Of a stretch of 64,000 bases of DNA, positions 15,124 to 25,462 are shown piece after piece (the first letter of the stretch is position 1; each line of letters begins with the position of its first letter). The position numbers and the translations under genes were made by a program. Source of the stretch: a candidate division FCPU426 bacterium (GTDB lineage Bacteria; Oederibacteriota; Muellerivitia; Muellerivitales; Muellerivitaceae); assembly GCA_963771075.1 (NCBI GenBank), contig CAVYSE010000001.1:96001-160000 (forward strand). The letters are read 5' to 3'. The notes under the pieces are model-generated. The model did no database searches. It was not told the DNA's origin and was given only the letters and a program-made list of their open reading frames with translations.

Positions 15124-15268
15124 ACTTCAGGAGGAATTCATCCTGGCGGAGGGTGAACTCGACCTTTTGATGATCGGTTTCCTGAACAAATTGAAGGTGT
15201 GGCGCGGGGGATATGGCGAGGCGGCTTTTCCTGGGGCATACCTCTTAGGTCCACGGCCCGGCGATTAA
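15089..15268 (+). CDS. small hypothetical protein
   Basis: ATG preceded by AAGGAA; overlaps the upstream ORF end; MGTLAEKDALHKLQEEFILAEGELDLL. Confidence 0.3.
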   Translation: MGTLAEKDALHKLQEEFILAEGELDLLMIGFLNKLKVWRGGYGEAAFPGAYLLGPRPGD

Positions 15269-15820
15269 GCCTCACGTTCCCCTGCGAGAGGGGAACTGGC
15301 CGGGTTTCAGTTGGGCCTGGTCCAAAACAGTCCTTGGGGCGCTTTTCGATTCCTGGAAGAAAAGGAGGAGATGGTGGCCGCTCTGGCGGACCGCTTGGCG
15401 AAACTTTCACAGGGCCAAAGCAATTCGGGAGCTTAAAACCAGTCCACAAAGCGATTTAATTGCTTATAGCAATTGGGGTTACCAAGGATCGCTGCTCGCC
15501 TGGTCAGCTCGCAGCAGGTAACAGTCCGCCCCAATGGCCAGTAGTCATTGTGGAACAAATGGGCCAGGCTGGAGGTCACCCGCACCTCGCCCAAATGTTA
15601 AAAACTTACATCGCCGGTTTAATAAGGAAAGAATCGAGGGTTTGACCGGGTAAGGTTAAAATTTATCGATAAACTTTCATTTGAAAGGACAAATAAACAG
15701 CAATTTTTGTTAATCAAAAATTAACATTAAGAAGGCAAACAAATTATTTTTTTAAGTATAATTCCTCCTGATCGCTTTTGCTTTATTTTGGGAGCAAATA
15801 TTAACTAAAGAGGTGAACAT

Positions 15821-18800
15821 ATGAATTGGTTTTATTTTAATGATGATTTCTGATAAGGCTCGAAAAAACAGATTCCCATCTTTTATTTTTGGTTGTCATT
15901 ATGGGTTTTTTTCTTGCCCTTCCCGCAGAAACCTTGGCGGCTGTCACCATTGGTTATTATCCCCCTTCATGCGTTTCCCCCGTTCTTTCCCCCAAGTTGG
16001 ACCTTCTAGTCAACTGTAGCGGCCAGACTTCTCAATCCCACCAATGGCGGATCAAGATCGTCAATAACGATTCTGTACCCGTGACCATCGGCGACCTCAG
16101 CATCGACATGTGGTTTTATGAAATAGGCATTTTTAGCAACAGTATCACCGGCAATGGTGAAGTCTTTGATGCATCGGGGGCGCCGGTCGGCACCTTCGTG
16201 CCTGGAATCACAGGAAACTTTATAGATATCTATCCAACCTGCACAACCGATCCGAACCACAGGGCCAACCATATAGCCCTTTTCTTCCTGGTTCCCACGG
16301 CCACCAGGCCCAGGTGATTCCCCCGGGCGGTTGGCTACAAGGTTTGGAATTGAACCTAACATCCTGTGTCAATCCGTTGGAATGCTACAATTGGGCCAAT
16401 TTTAGTCAAGACTACACGCAATACCCCCCGGAGGAGGGAGGTTGTGGAACGACGGATACCTATTACGAATATCCCTATGTGACGCTTAATTACAAAATGG
16501 CTTTGGTGACTGAAACCAGCACCGGATTAGATCCGCTGACAGGGATACCGCCTTGCGAAGTGTTATGCTCCAGGACGCCGACTCCAGTTTTTACCCGTAC
16601 CCACAGCCCTTCGCCTACCGTCACCTTTACCCGATCGCAGACTTTCACCCGAACGGTTACCAAATCACCGACGCCCACCCTGACCCCCACGTCGACCCGC
16701 ACGCCGATCCATACACCGACCGTTACACCCACCCATACCTTTACCCCGACCCTGACGCCCGGCTGTTACGTGATCATCGACAGCGGCGGGAAGGGGAGTA
16801 AACCCATTTACAAAGCATCAACTTGTCCGATGTACCCCCCCAATGGGGAGAGCCCATCGGAACCTCCCGATTCGTGGGATGCCGACCCAACAGCGCCTCT
16901 TGTTTCCCCGTTACGCACACTTACGGACCTTATACGAATAGTTTCGTGGTGGAACATCCTCAATTGACGGAGGGACATTTTTATCTTCAAGCCAAGGCCG
17001 ATGATGAGGTCAATGTGGAAATCAATGGTCGGCGCGTAATCAATTGCACGGGGAATTGCATGGGGGAATATCCCGGCCCAGTGGACATCACCGACCTGCT
17101 CCTGAACGGTCTCAATTCAATGACTTTTTCTTGGACCGATACGGTCAATGGGAACACGGGTATCAGTTACGAATTGTGGTATTGCAACGGCAAAGCCTTT
17201 ACTTCAACCCCTTCCAACACCCATACGTCCACGCCCACCTATAGCCCGACACCGATTCCGACGATCACCGAAACGTCCACGGCGACGTCCACTTGGACCA
17301 TCAGCTGGACGCCAACGATCACCTTTACCGCGACGAGTACCTCGACACCGGTGTCGGTGGTGGTGGGGTCCAATTGTTGGGTGAGCGACACGACCCACAA
17401 CTTGATGTACGTGAATCCCTGTTCGGCGACGACCATCCAGTCGCAGCCGCCTTCCGACTCCAGCGGAGTGAACTGGCTGTCACCCAATTACAATACGGCC
17501 TCCGTATCAAACTGGACCGCACCCACGGTGGTGACGGGCCAGCCGTGGAGCGCGCTCTGTTCGCTGACCGGAAGCGGAGGGCAGAACTGGATCGCATGGG
17601 ATAACGGCGGGGACAACCCTTGCGGATCCCAAGGCGGGGCACCCGTGGCGGACCTGTTCTTCCGCAACGCCTTCCCGGTATCACAAGGATGCACGGTTAG
17701 CGGGGCGCAAATTGTATTGAGCGCGGACAACGCGGCGATCGTGTGGCTGAACGGGGTGACGATCGTTCCGGACGGGGCGGTCACGAGCTTTACGTCCTGC
17801 GTGACGGAAACCATTCCGGCCGGCTTGTTCCAAGGCGGACTGAACGTGTTAGCGTTCGAGGTGATTAATTATCCGGATCAGGATCCAAACAACCTGGAAG
17901 GGTTGACCTATCAGATGTGTTACAACCTGTCGTGCCAGTCGACGGCCACGGCGACCCCGATCCCGACGATCACGGTGACGCCCACGCCCAGTTATACCTG
18001 GACCTATAGCCCGACGCCGATTCCGACGATCACCGAAACGTACACGCCGACGGTGACGATGACATGGACACCGACGACTTGCGCGCCGGTGGTGGTGTTC
18101 GCAAGTGGGGATGGAAATGATTACATCACCTCGCCGACTTTGCCCGGCTATACCTCGCCTCAATCGGCGGTAACCGGATCCAGGGTAGGTCATGGCTGGT
18201 GGCACCCTATGACGTGTCCTTGTTCATTGGGTTCAACAATACAGGCAAGTCCCCGGAAACATCGGGTCAGTTACCGTTCGTATGGACCGCAAGCCGCACC
18301 TTCGCGGTACCGTCGTGGATGACGGGGGGGAATTTCGTGTTGCATTACGACGCGGACGACAACGGGACGGCGAGCATCAATTCCTACACGGTGGCGGTTT
18401 GTGATGGGCAAACGGCCTGTGCGTGGAAGGGTCGGGGGATATGCCGGTGGTGGTACCGGCGGGTGAACTCAATATAGGCTCGTCGAATACCTTTACCTTC
18501 CAGGTGACGGACACCGCCATCGGTTCAACGGGGGCGCGTTATGAATTACAGTACTATCCTTGCGGGTGGACGCAAACCGTAACACCCACCCAATCATCGA
18601 CGCCGACCCCGACGATCACCGTACCGCCCACGGTCACCTATAGCTGGACCTATAGCCCAACGCCGGAACCGACGATTACATCCACCCCGATCCCGACGAT
18701 CACGGTGACGCCCACGCCCAGTTATACCTGGACCTATAGCCCGACGCCGATTCCGACGATCACCGAAACGTACACGCCGACGGTGACGATGACATGGACA

Positions 18801-21197
18801 CCGACGACTTGCGCGCCGGTGGTGGTGTTCGCAAGTGGGGATGGAAATGATTACATCACCTCGCCGACTTTGCCCGGCTATACCTCGCCTCAATCGGCGG
18901 TAACCGTGATCCAGGGTAGGTCATGGCTGGTGGCACCCTATGACGTGTCCTTGTTCATTGGGTTCAACAATACAGGCAAGTCCCCGGAAACATCGGGTCA
19001 GTTACCGTTCGTATGGACCGCAAGCCGCACCTTCGCGGTACCGTCGTGGATGACGGGGGGGAATTTCGTGTTGCATTATGACGCGGACGACAACGGGACG
19101 GCGAGCATCAATTCCTACACGGTGGCGGTTTGTGATGGGCAAGAAAACGGCCTGTGCGTGGAAGGGTCGGGGGATATGCCGGTGGTGGTACCGGCGGGTG
19201 AACTCAATATAGGCTCGTCGAATACCTTTACCTTCCAGGTGACGGACACCGCCATCGGTTCGACGGGGGCGCGTTATGAATTACAGTACTATCCTTGCGG
19301 GTGGACGCAAACCGTAACACCCACCCAATCATCGACGCCGACCCCGACGATCACCGTACCGCCCACGGTCACCTATAGCTGGACCTATAGCCCAACGCCG
19401 GAACCGACGATTACATCCACCCCGATCCCGACGATCACGGTGACGCCCACGCCCAGTTATACCTGGACCTATAGCCCGACGCCGATTCCGACGATCACCG
19501 AAACGTACACGCCGACGGTGACGATGACATGGACACCGACGACTTGCGCGCCGGTGGTGGTGTTCGCAAGTGGGGATGGAAATGATTACATCACCTCGCC
19601 GACTTTGCCCGGCTATACCTCGCCTCAATCGGCGGTAACCGTGATCCAGGGTAGGTCATGGCTGGTGGCACCCTATGACGTGTCCTTGTTCATTGGGTTC
19701 AACAATACAGGCAAGTCCCCGGAAACATCGGGTCAGTTACCGTTCGTATGGACCGCAAGCCGCACCTTCGCGGTACCGTCGTGGATGACGGGGGGGAATT
19801 TCGTGTTGCATTACGACGCGGACGACAACGGGACGGCGAGCATCAATTCCTACACGGTGGCGGTTTGTGATGGGCAAGAAAACGGCCTGTGCGTGGAAGG
19901 GTCGGGGGATATGCCGGTGGTGGTACCGGCGGGTGAACTCAATATAGGCTCGTCGAATACCTTTACCTTCCAGGTGACGGACACCGCCATCGGTTCGACG
20001 GGGGCGCGTTATGAATTACAGTACTATCCTTGCGGGTGGACGCAAACCGTAACACCCACCCAATCATCGACGCCGACCCCGACGATCACCGTACCGCCCA
20101 CGGTCACCTATAGCTGGACCTATAGCCCAACGCCGGAACCGACGATTACATCCACCCCGATCCCGACGATCACGGTGACGCCCACGCCCAGTTATACCTG
20201 GACCTATAGCCCGACGCCGATTCCGACGATCACCGAAACGTACACGCCGACCTATAGCTGGACCATCAGCCCGACGCCGACGGTGACGTCCACGCCCACC
20301 TTGACGCCAACCCCCACGCTGGGTTGTTATGCGATCATCGACAGTGGGGGGGTAGGGGATCACACGAACCGGATTGCTTACCCGATCGTGACCCCGAATG
20401 GCGTATGGTCCAATCCGATCGGTACGTCTTATTGGGTCGGGTGTCAATCGACAGGAAAATCCTGCGAAACAAAGGTTCCTAATACCTATGGGCCTTTAAA
20501 TAATACTTTCAACGTGACGACTACCGAATTGGAGAATGGAACCTACTACGTGCAGGCCAAGGCGGATGATGTGGTCACGGTGGGGGTGAATGGGAACCTG
20601 GTGATCGCCTGCGGTGGAAATTGCCAACCGGTGGGGGATTATCCCGCCCCGGTCGAGCTCAATTCCTACTTAATACCAGGAACAAACAGCCTGGCGGTAT
20701 CATGGACGGATACGATCTACGGTTACACGGGTGTGAGCTATGAGTTGTGGTATTGCAACGGCCCAGCCTATACAGCCACCCCCAGTATTACCCCGACCCC
20801 CATCCTCGGGAAAAGCGTGAGGCAGCCCCAGGGAGAGGCCAACCTGCCTAATGTGACGGCTACCGTTACGGCAACCCTGACCGCCACACCGGAGGTGACG
20901 GATCTAGCCTCACGGGCCATCCTGGCGGTTCCAAATATTTCCAAGGATGGGGGACCCATTAAGTTTTTGGTGAACCTGAAACAGCCTGTCCCCATAACAC
21001 TGACGCTCTATTCCTTGTCGGGTGAGAAGGTTTACAGCACCGATACCCAAGGGACAGCGGGATTAAACATCTTGGTTTGGAATGTAACCAATTCCGGGAA
21101 CCAGCCGGTTGCCAGCGGACTCTATATCTATGTCATTAACCTGGTTGATGGTTTCCAACCGATCCGACGGCTCGGAAAAGTGGTTGTGATCCGATGA
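15821..21197 (+). CDS. large secreted multidomain protein: signal peptide, CBM3-like domain, Thr/Pro linkers, six beta-sandwich carbohydrate-binding-like modules, C-terminal T9SS/FlgD-like Ig domain (split by several frameshifts)
   Basis: RBS AGAGGTG before ATG 15821; pieces 15889-16317, 16314-16967, 16823-18322, 18199-18477 and 18423-21197 are colinear; CBM3-like RIKIVNNDSVPVTIGDLSIDMWFYE...NWANFSQDY; recurring ADD/ADN.....NG module motif; CTD AVPN...LYSLSGEKV...VWNVTNSGNQPVASGLYIY...KVVVIR. Confidence 0.75.
17954..20251 (+). repeat. 735-bp intragenic tandem repeat, 3 units plus ~98 bp
   Basis: Unit starts at 17954, 18684, 19419 and 20154; unit 1 is 5 bp shorter (1-bp and 4-bp deletions); otherwise near-identical. 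Confidence 0.95.
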
Positions 21198-21289
21198 GTT
21201 TTCTACACGGTTAAGATCTTCAATTCCGGGCTACTGTTCATTGCGAGGTAAATGGAAAAAAGAGATAACAGGTTCCAGGCAACGTGTAG

Positions 21290-21514
21290 GTGCAGGCTCC
21301 CGTGGGTTCCTCAGTTGAATGGAGCGTTTGTACGGTATCTTTCCGGAAGATATGGGATAACTCCCAACCCATTCCTGGGAATTCAATGATCCTCCCTTGG
21401 AACCTGAATGACTCTTCGGGGACTCCCGTCTCCAACGGGCTTTATTATTTGAGGGTCCAGGTCACTGGAGCGGTCAAGTCTTCGAAAATCCTGAAGGTCC
21501 TCGTCATCCGTTGA
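21290..21514 (+). pseudogene. orphan T9SS/FlgD-like C-terminal domain fragment
   Basis: ...LPWNLNDSSGTPVSNGLYYLRVQVTG...KILKVLVIR*, homologous to the CTD ending at 21197; in-frame TAG immediately upstream; no signal peptide. Confidence 0.7.
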
Positions 21515-21756
21515 ACCAGTTTCAGTGAAATTATTTCCGAAAGGAGAAAACAGGGTCCAGGCCTACCTATTTCAAGAAGGCGATTGGCCCAAAAGGTCGA
21601 AAACGGATAAGGGTGGCCTGGACTACCTCCTGTTTTTCGACACAATCAAACATCGAATTTCGACTTACCGCTTCAGGTAGCCCCGCCCAATGATTCCCCT
21701 GCTCGACCCTTTATTCTGTTAAGGTGATTGTAAATCGGTTGAGAAGGAGGTTCCAC

Positions 21757-21798
21757 TTGGCGAAGAAAGTAGTCAAAAAGAAAACCGCAAAGAAGTAA
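21757..21798 (+). CDS. 13-aa Lys-rich microprotein MAKKVVKKKTAKK
   Basis: Perfect SD AAGGAGG (21744-21750) 6 nt before TTG; TAA stop; followed by its own terminator. Confidence 0.55.
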   Translation: MAKKVVKKKTAKK

Positions 21799-21825
21799 AA
21801 GTTTTTAATCCAACATTCGTTTCAC

Positions 21826-21855
21826 GCTCACTTCTTCCAGGAGGTGGGCTTTTTT
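21826..21855 (+). terminator. rho-independent terminator after the microprotein gene
   Basis: GCTCACTTC-loop-GAGGTGGGC followed by TTTTTT. Confidence 0.65.
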
Positions 21856-21886
21856 ATCCACTTCTTACCAAACAAGGAATCACCTA

Positions 21887-22246
21887 ATGCCTGAGGCAAC
21901 CCAGACCCCCGAAAGAAGGCTTCATCCCCGTTCTACACTCAAAATTCCCGTAAAGTACCGAGTGATCGAGGCCCAGGACCGAAATAGAAATGAAAAAACC
22001 AGCCATACCATGGACATTTGCCTGGGGGGACTCTATTTGCTCTCCGACCATGCCCTTGAAAAAAACAGCCTGATTCGTTTGGATCTTACCCTTCCCAAGA
22101 TCTCCCACATGATCTCCGCCTACGCCAAGGTGATCTGGTCCAACCGTACCGGAGGGGGACTTCAGTTTGAGTCCATGAAGGAAGACGACGAGGAAGCGTT
22201 GAAAAAATACCTTTCAGAGCTGCCTGTTGAAAACCTGAATCGATAA
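21887..22246 (+). CDS. PilZ-domain protein (c-di-GMP receptor)
   Basis: ERRLHPR (RxxxR) and DICLGG (DxSxxG-like) motifs, AKVIW, GLQF. Confidence 0.85.
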   Translation: MPEATQTPERRLHPRSTLKIPVKYRVIEAQDRNRNEKTSHTMDICLGGLYLLSDHALEKNSLIRLDLTLPKISHMISAYAKVIWSNRTGGGLQFESMKEDDEEALKKYLSELPVENLNR

Positions 22247-22382
22247 TCAAATTCCCATTGGGGCCTTTTTCCGATGAGACTCTGGTTGGATTTGGGGTCG
22301 TATACTACGCTTTTGCCTGGATATTCTTTTTGGGTCTTTCCCAAATTTGAAGATAAAGGTTTTTGAAGTACCTCTTGTGGTC

Positions 22383-22668
22383 TGTCATCGAGAGGAGGCG
22401 CCCCAATCGGGGCGGTTGCCAATGTCGCGATCCCAGTTCGATGTTCGTCTTGGCCTTTTTAAGGGCTTTTTTAAACTGGGATTGTCCATGGGCTAAAGCC
22501 CATGGAAGGTTGGCCGAATTCAGGCCAACTACCACAAGCCTCTCGTGAACGTCCGCCTAGCCCCATTTTTCTTTAAGGATAAATAAGGAAAATGGGATGA
22601 TCCCGCATCACCTTTTAATATTTTCAAAAGGAAACGCGGGATATCGGCGGCCACTCGTCGCAATGACA
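22383..22668. repeat. degenerate palindromic intergenic element with nested REP-like hairpins
   Basis: Ends TGTCATCGAGAGGAG / CTCGTCGCAATGACA; internal hairpins TCCATGGGCTAAAGCCCATGGA (22485-22506) and GTTGGCC...GGCCAAC (22509-22529). Confidence 0.5.
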
Positions 22669-22729
22669 ACCAAATAAAGCAAGATTTAAAACAGACTCTA
22701 TCCGCAAATTCAGGAAAGAGGCTTTTTTT

Positions 22730-24229
22730 TCACGCCATCGCCGGCAAAGGCAAGTCCGACTGCCCTAAAAGGGACTGGGGCTGCCAGGCCCATTTTTCGG
22801 GATGGGGCTGAAGGGCCGCCAAGAGGTATTCCACGACTTCATTGGCCGAGTAGGATTCCCTGCCGTCGGTGAGGAATTTCAAGATTTTTCCCACGTCGTC
22901 GCCCGAGGTGACCAGGGCATTCTCGACCGATCCGTCCTTGCGGGTCTGGCCCAGCCCGATATTGGCCATCAAGCCGTTGCAAAGGCATTTCCGGCCCACC
23001 GTATCCGCCATATCCCCGCGTTTTTGCAGGTAGGTGCTTTCCGGCTCGCTGGCACAGCGGGCGCCCGTGGTGCCGTCCTTGCGGCGGTAAAGACTGCGCA
23101 GGTAGCCCAAATCGCAAATGCGCTTTCGTTTCAGGTATTCGCCCTCGTCCGAATTGGTTTCCGGCAGGGTCACTACCTTGAAAGGGAATCCCGTGGGGGA
23201 GGCCTTGGGGTCGGTGAAAACCTTGACCCAGCCCGCCCGCAAACCTTCGACGACCTTTTTCTTGATCCACTGGGCCAGGCCCGACTCCTCGCAATAGGCG
23301 AAGACCGAACCCACCTGCAGGCCCGCTGCCCCGGCATTCAGGGCTTCCTTCAGTTTCAAGGGGTCCGCCTGGGAACCCGCCAGCCAAAAAGGAAGTCCCA
23401 GGGCTTTGATCTTTTTCAGGTCGACCTCGTCCTTCACTCCGTAAATCGGCTCCCCCTCGGCGCTCAACTGCAGGGGTCCCCTCGGTGGGGCGTTATGCCC
23501 ACCGGCCGTGGGGCCTTCCACCACGAAACCATCTACCTTTCCCGTGGATTTTTTCGCGAGCGTCAGGGCCAGCACGTCCGAGGCAATGATGGCCAGGAAC
23601 CGGGGGCGCTTAAGCGCCGGCCCTGGCTCGGGCAAGACGTCCTTGGGCTGGAAGGTGACCTTGATGTCTTCCTCCGCCTGGGCGCCGTGCACGAAGATCT
23701 TCATGGAAGCTTCCTCATGCTTGGAAAGAACATCCAGGATCGCGGGGATCGCGCGGGGGATACCCGCCCCCACCAGCACGTAATCCACGCCCGCCAACAG
23801 CGCCCCATAAAGGCAGGACAGCAGGGGCAAATGGATTTTTTCGAGGTAATTGATCCCCACCCGGCCCGCGTGGCCTTCCTTGGCCAGAAACACCTCGGCG
23901 AAATTGGCCGCGACGTTGAGTTCCAGCAGTTCCCGGCATGTGTTCAGCGTGAAGGAGGGGATGGGGCGGAAAGGTTCGTCCTCTTTTTTACCGCCGGTGA
24001 TGTAATAACGGTCCAGGATTCTTTGCGCGGCCCCCTGGTTGGGAAAAGACGCCAGCGCCCGCCGCATGGCACCGTCCAAATCGCCCACCTGAAGCCTTCG
24101 GGCCAGGATGGAATCCAAAGCGGTTCCCGAAACCACGCCCAATTGCCCCGTCTTGGAAACGGCGCGGGCCAGTACCCAATTGGAAACCCCTGCGCCCATT
24201 CCCCCTTGAATAATCAAAGGTTCAGTCAT
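22730..24229 (-). CDS. nitronate monooxygenase-family FMN oxidoreductase
   Basis: PLIIQGGMGAGVS, GFVVEGPTAGGHNAPPRG, GLQVGSVFA.CEESG; C-terminal Cys cluster. Confidence 0.85.
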   Translation of the reverse strand: MTEPLIIQGGMGAGVSNWVLARAVSKTGQLGVVSGTALDSILARRLQVGDLDGAMRRALASFPNQGAAQRILDRYYITGGKKEDEPFRPIPSFTLNTCRELLELNVAANFAEVFLAKEGHAGRVGINYLEKIHLPLLSCLYGALLAGVDYVLVGAGIPRAIPAILDVLSKHEEASMKIFVHGAQAEEDIKVTFQPKDVLPEPGPALKRPRFLAIIASDVLALTLAKKSTGKVDGFVVEGPTAGGHNAPPRGPLQLSAEGEPIYGVKDEVDLKKIKALGLPFWLAGSQADPLKLKEALNAGAAGLQVGSVFAYCEESGLAQWIKKKVVEGLRAGWVKVFTDPKASPTGFPFKVVTLPETNSDEGEYLKRKRICDLGYLRSLYRRKDGTTGARCASEPESTYLQKRGDMADTVGRKCLCNGLMANIGLGQTRKDGSVENALVTSGDDVGKILKFLTDGRESYSANEVVEYLLAALQPHPEKWAWQPQSLLGQSDLPLPAMA

Positions 24230-24338
24230 CCCACACTCCTATAATGATGTTCGTTTAATCGTGATCGGGCTGTTCCGGGTCCTGCGGAGGGCGCAACATC
24301 ACCCACTACTGCAGGGAGGGGAACCGATCGCCGCCCGA

Positions 24339-24953
24339 CTAGGGGTTCATACAGCCTTGGGCCTGGGATACCACCGTGCGCAGGGGCTGAAGCACCGGCC
24401 TGCCGCTGGAGAGGTCGCGGGTGATTTCATAACGCGGCACCGTGGAATCCACCGTGCGGGACCAGGCGTCAATGCCGCCGGTCATCGACTGGGAGTTGAC
24501 GTAACCGTGGCCGGCGAAGTACGCGGCCGCGTCCATGCTTCTCTTTCCCGAATGGCAGTGAAAGATAATGTGCGTGTCCTTGGGCCAGGTCATGATCTGG
24601 CGGGCCACCTCTTCCGTCACAAGTACCGCGCCCTCGATATGGGCCAGTTCCCATTCCTTCGGGTCCCGCACATCCAGCAGGCGCGGCGGGTTCGCGCTTT
24701 TCAAAGCCTCCGCGGCCTTCTGGGGGCTGATTTGGATACGCTGGTCGATGCGCTCGGCCTCCTCGATGAAATGGAGCACCTCGTCCATGTCGGTGATGGA
24801 GTGCTTGCGGGCCACTTCCTCCAAAACGTCCCCCGGCTCGTACCCGCAACTGTGGCAGCCGCCGATATGGTATTTCTGGAATAGGGCGCGCTGGGCGCTC
24901 GGGTAGGCATCCAGGACTTCCTGCATGGTGCTGCTCTTCGTGATCGTCGGCAT
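24339..24953 (-). CDS. rhodanese-domain sulfurtransferase with an N-terminal DUF1858/ScdA-like CxxC domain
   Basis: LLDVRDPKEW...HIEGA, CHSGKRS, GGIDAWS; N-terminal EVLDAYP...GGCHSCG; RBS AGGGGAG favours a start at 24953. Confidence 0.85.
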   Translation of the reverse strand: MPTITKSSTMQEVLDAYPSAQRALFQKYHIGGCHSCGYEPGDVLEEVARKHSITDMDEVLHFIEEAERIDQRIQISPQKAAEALKSANPPRLLDVRDPKEWELAHIEGAVLVTEEVARQIMTWPKDTHIIFHCHSGKRSMDAAAYFAGHGYVNSQSMTGGIDAWSRTVDSTVPRYEITRDLSSGRPVLQPLRTVVSQAQGCMNP

Positions 24954-25462
24954 TTTTTCTCCCCTTTGATCCATCTCATGAGCCGGTTTCCCGGCCCCCT
25001 GCTCACTTGTTAGAAACTTGGATAACTCCACAGGCCACCCTTGCGCTCGCGTTACCCGTCGGGTGGGTTTACTTGTCGTCCAGCTTCTCGTGGACGATGA
25101 CCGGCCTGCTGCGTAAGGGTTTCATCTTAAGTTTTGTTGAAAACAAATAGAAAGGGGGGCGGAAATTAAACCCATTGATAGGGTCAAGGGAACCTATTCG
25201 CCCCCTAATACGGGGGTGGTGAATGCACGATTGGCCCTACCCCTGAAGTCGTACTGGCCAGAATGTGAGTGTTGGAAAAGGGGTCTGATCAGACTCCGGT
25301 TAGGATTTGATGGCCCTTTTTCCAAAACCAAAGGGTTTTCAAAGACTTCTATATCGAATACCCCTTTGGCGGTTCCTTTCAGTAACTCCTTTCTCTTTAA
25401 CTACCTCAATCATCACCCTTTATGCTTTAAATCATGTTGGGTTAATGGGTTTCCATTTACAT

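Noticed and set aside
21515..22560. c-di-GMP riboswitch near the PilZ gene
   Set aside because: No GEMM consensus (GGCAAAC...GAAA...GACGCAAA) found on either strand
22802..24244. 480-aa plus-strand ORF and many similar long antisense ORFs (e.g. 49506-50477, 39639-40493)
   Set aside because: Shadow ORFs opposite well-supported genes in GC-rich or repetitive sequence; no motifs
24954..25130. Possible riboswitch or leader peptide (MKPLRSRPVIVHEKLDDK) upstream of the rhodanese gene
   Set aside because: Hairpins are present, but I could not match a SAM or other riboswitch consensus, and the short ORF lacks an RBS; it may be a gene remnant
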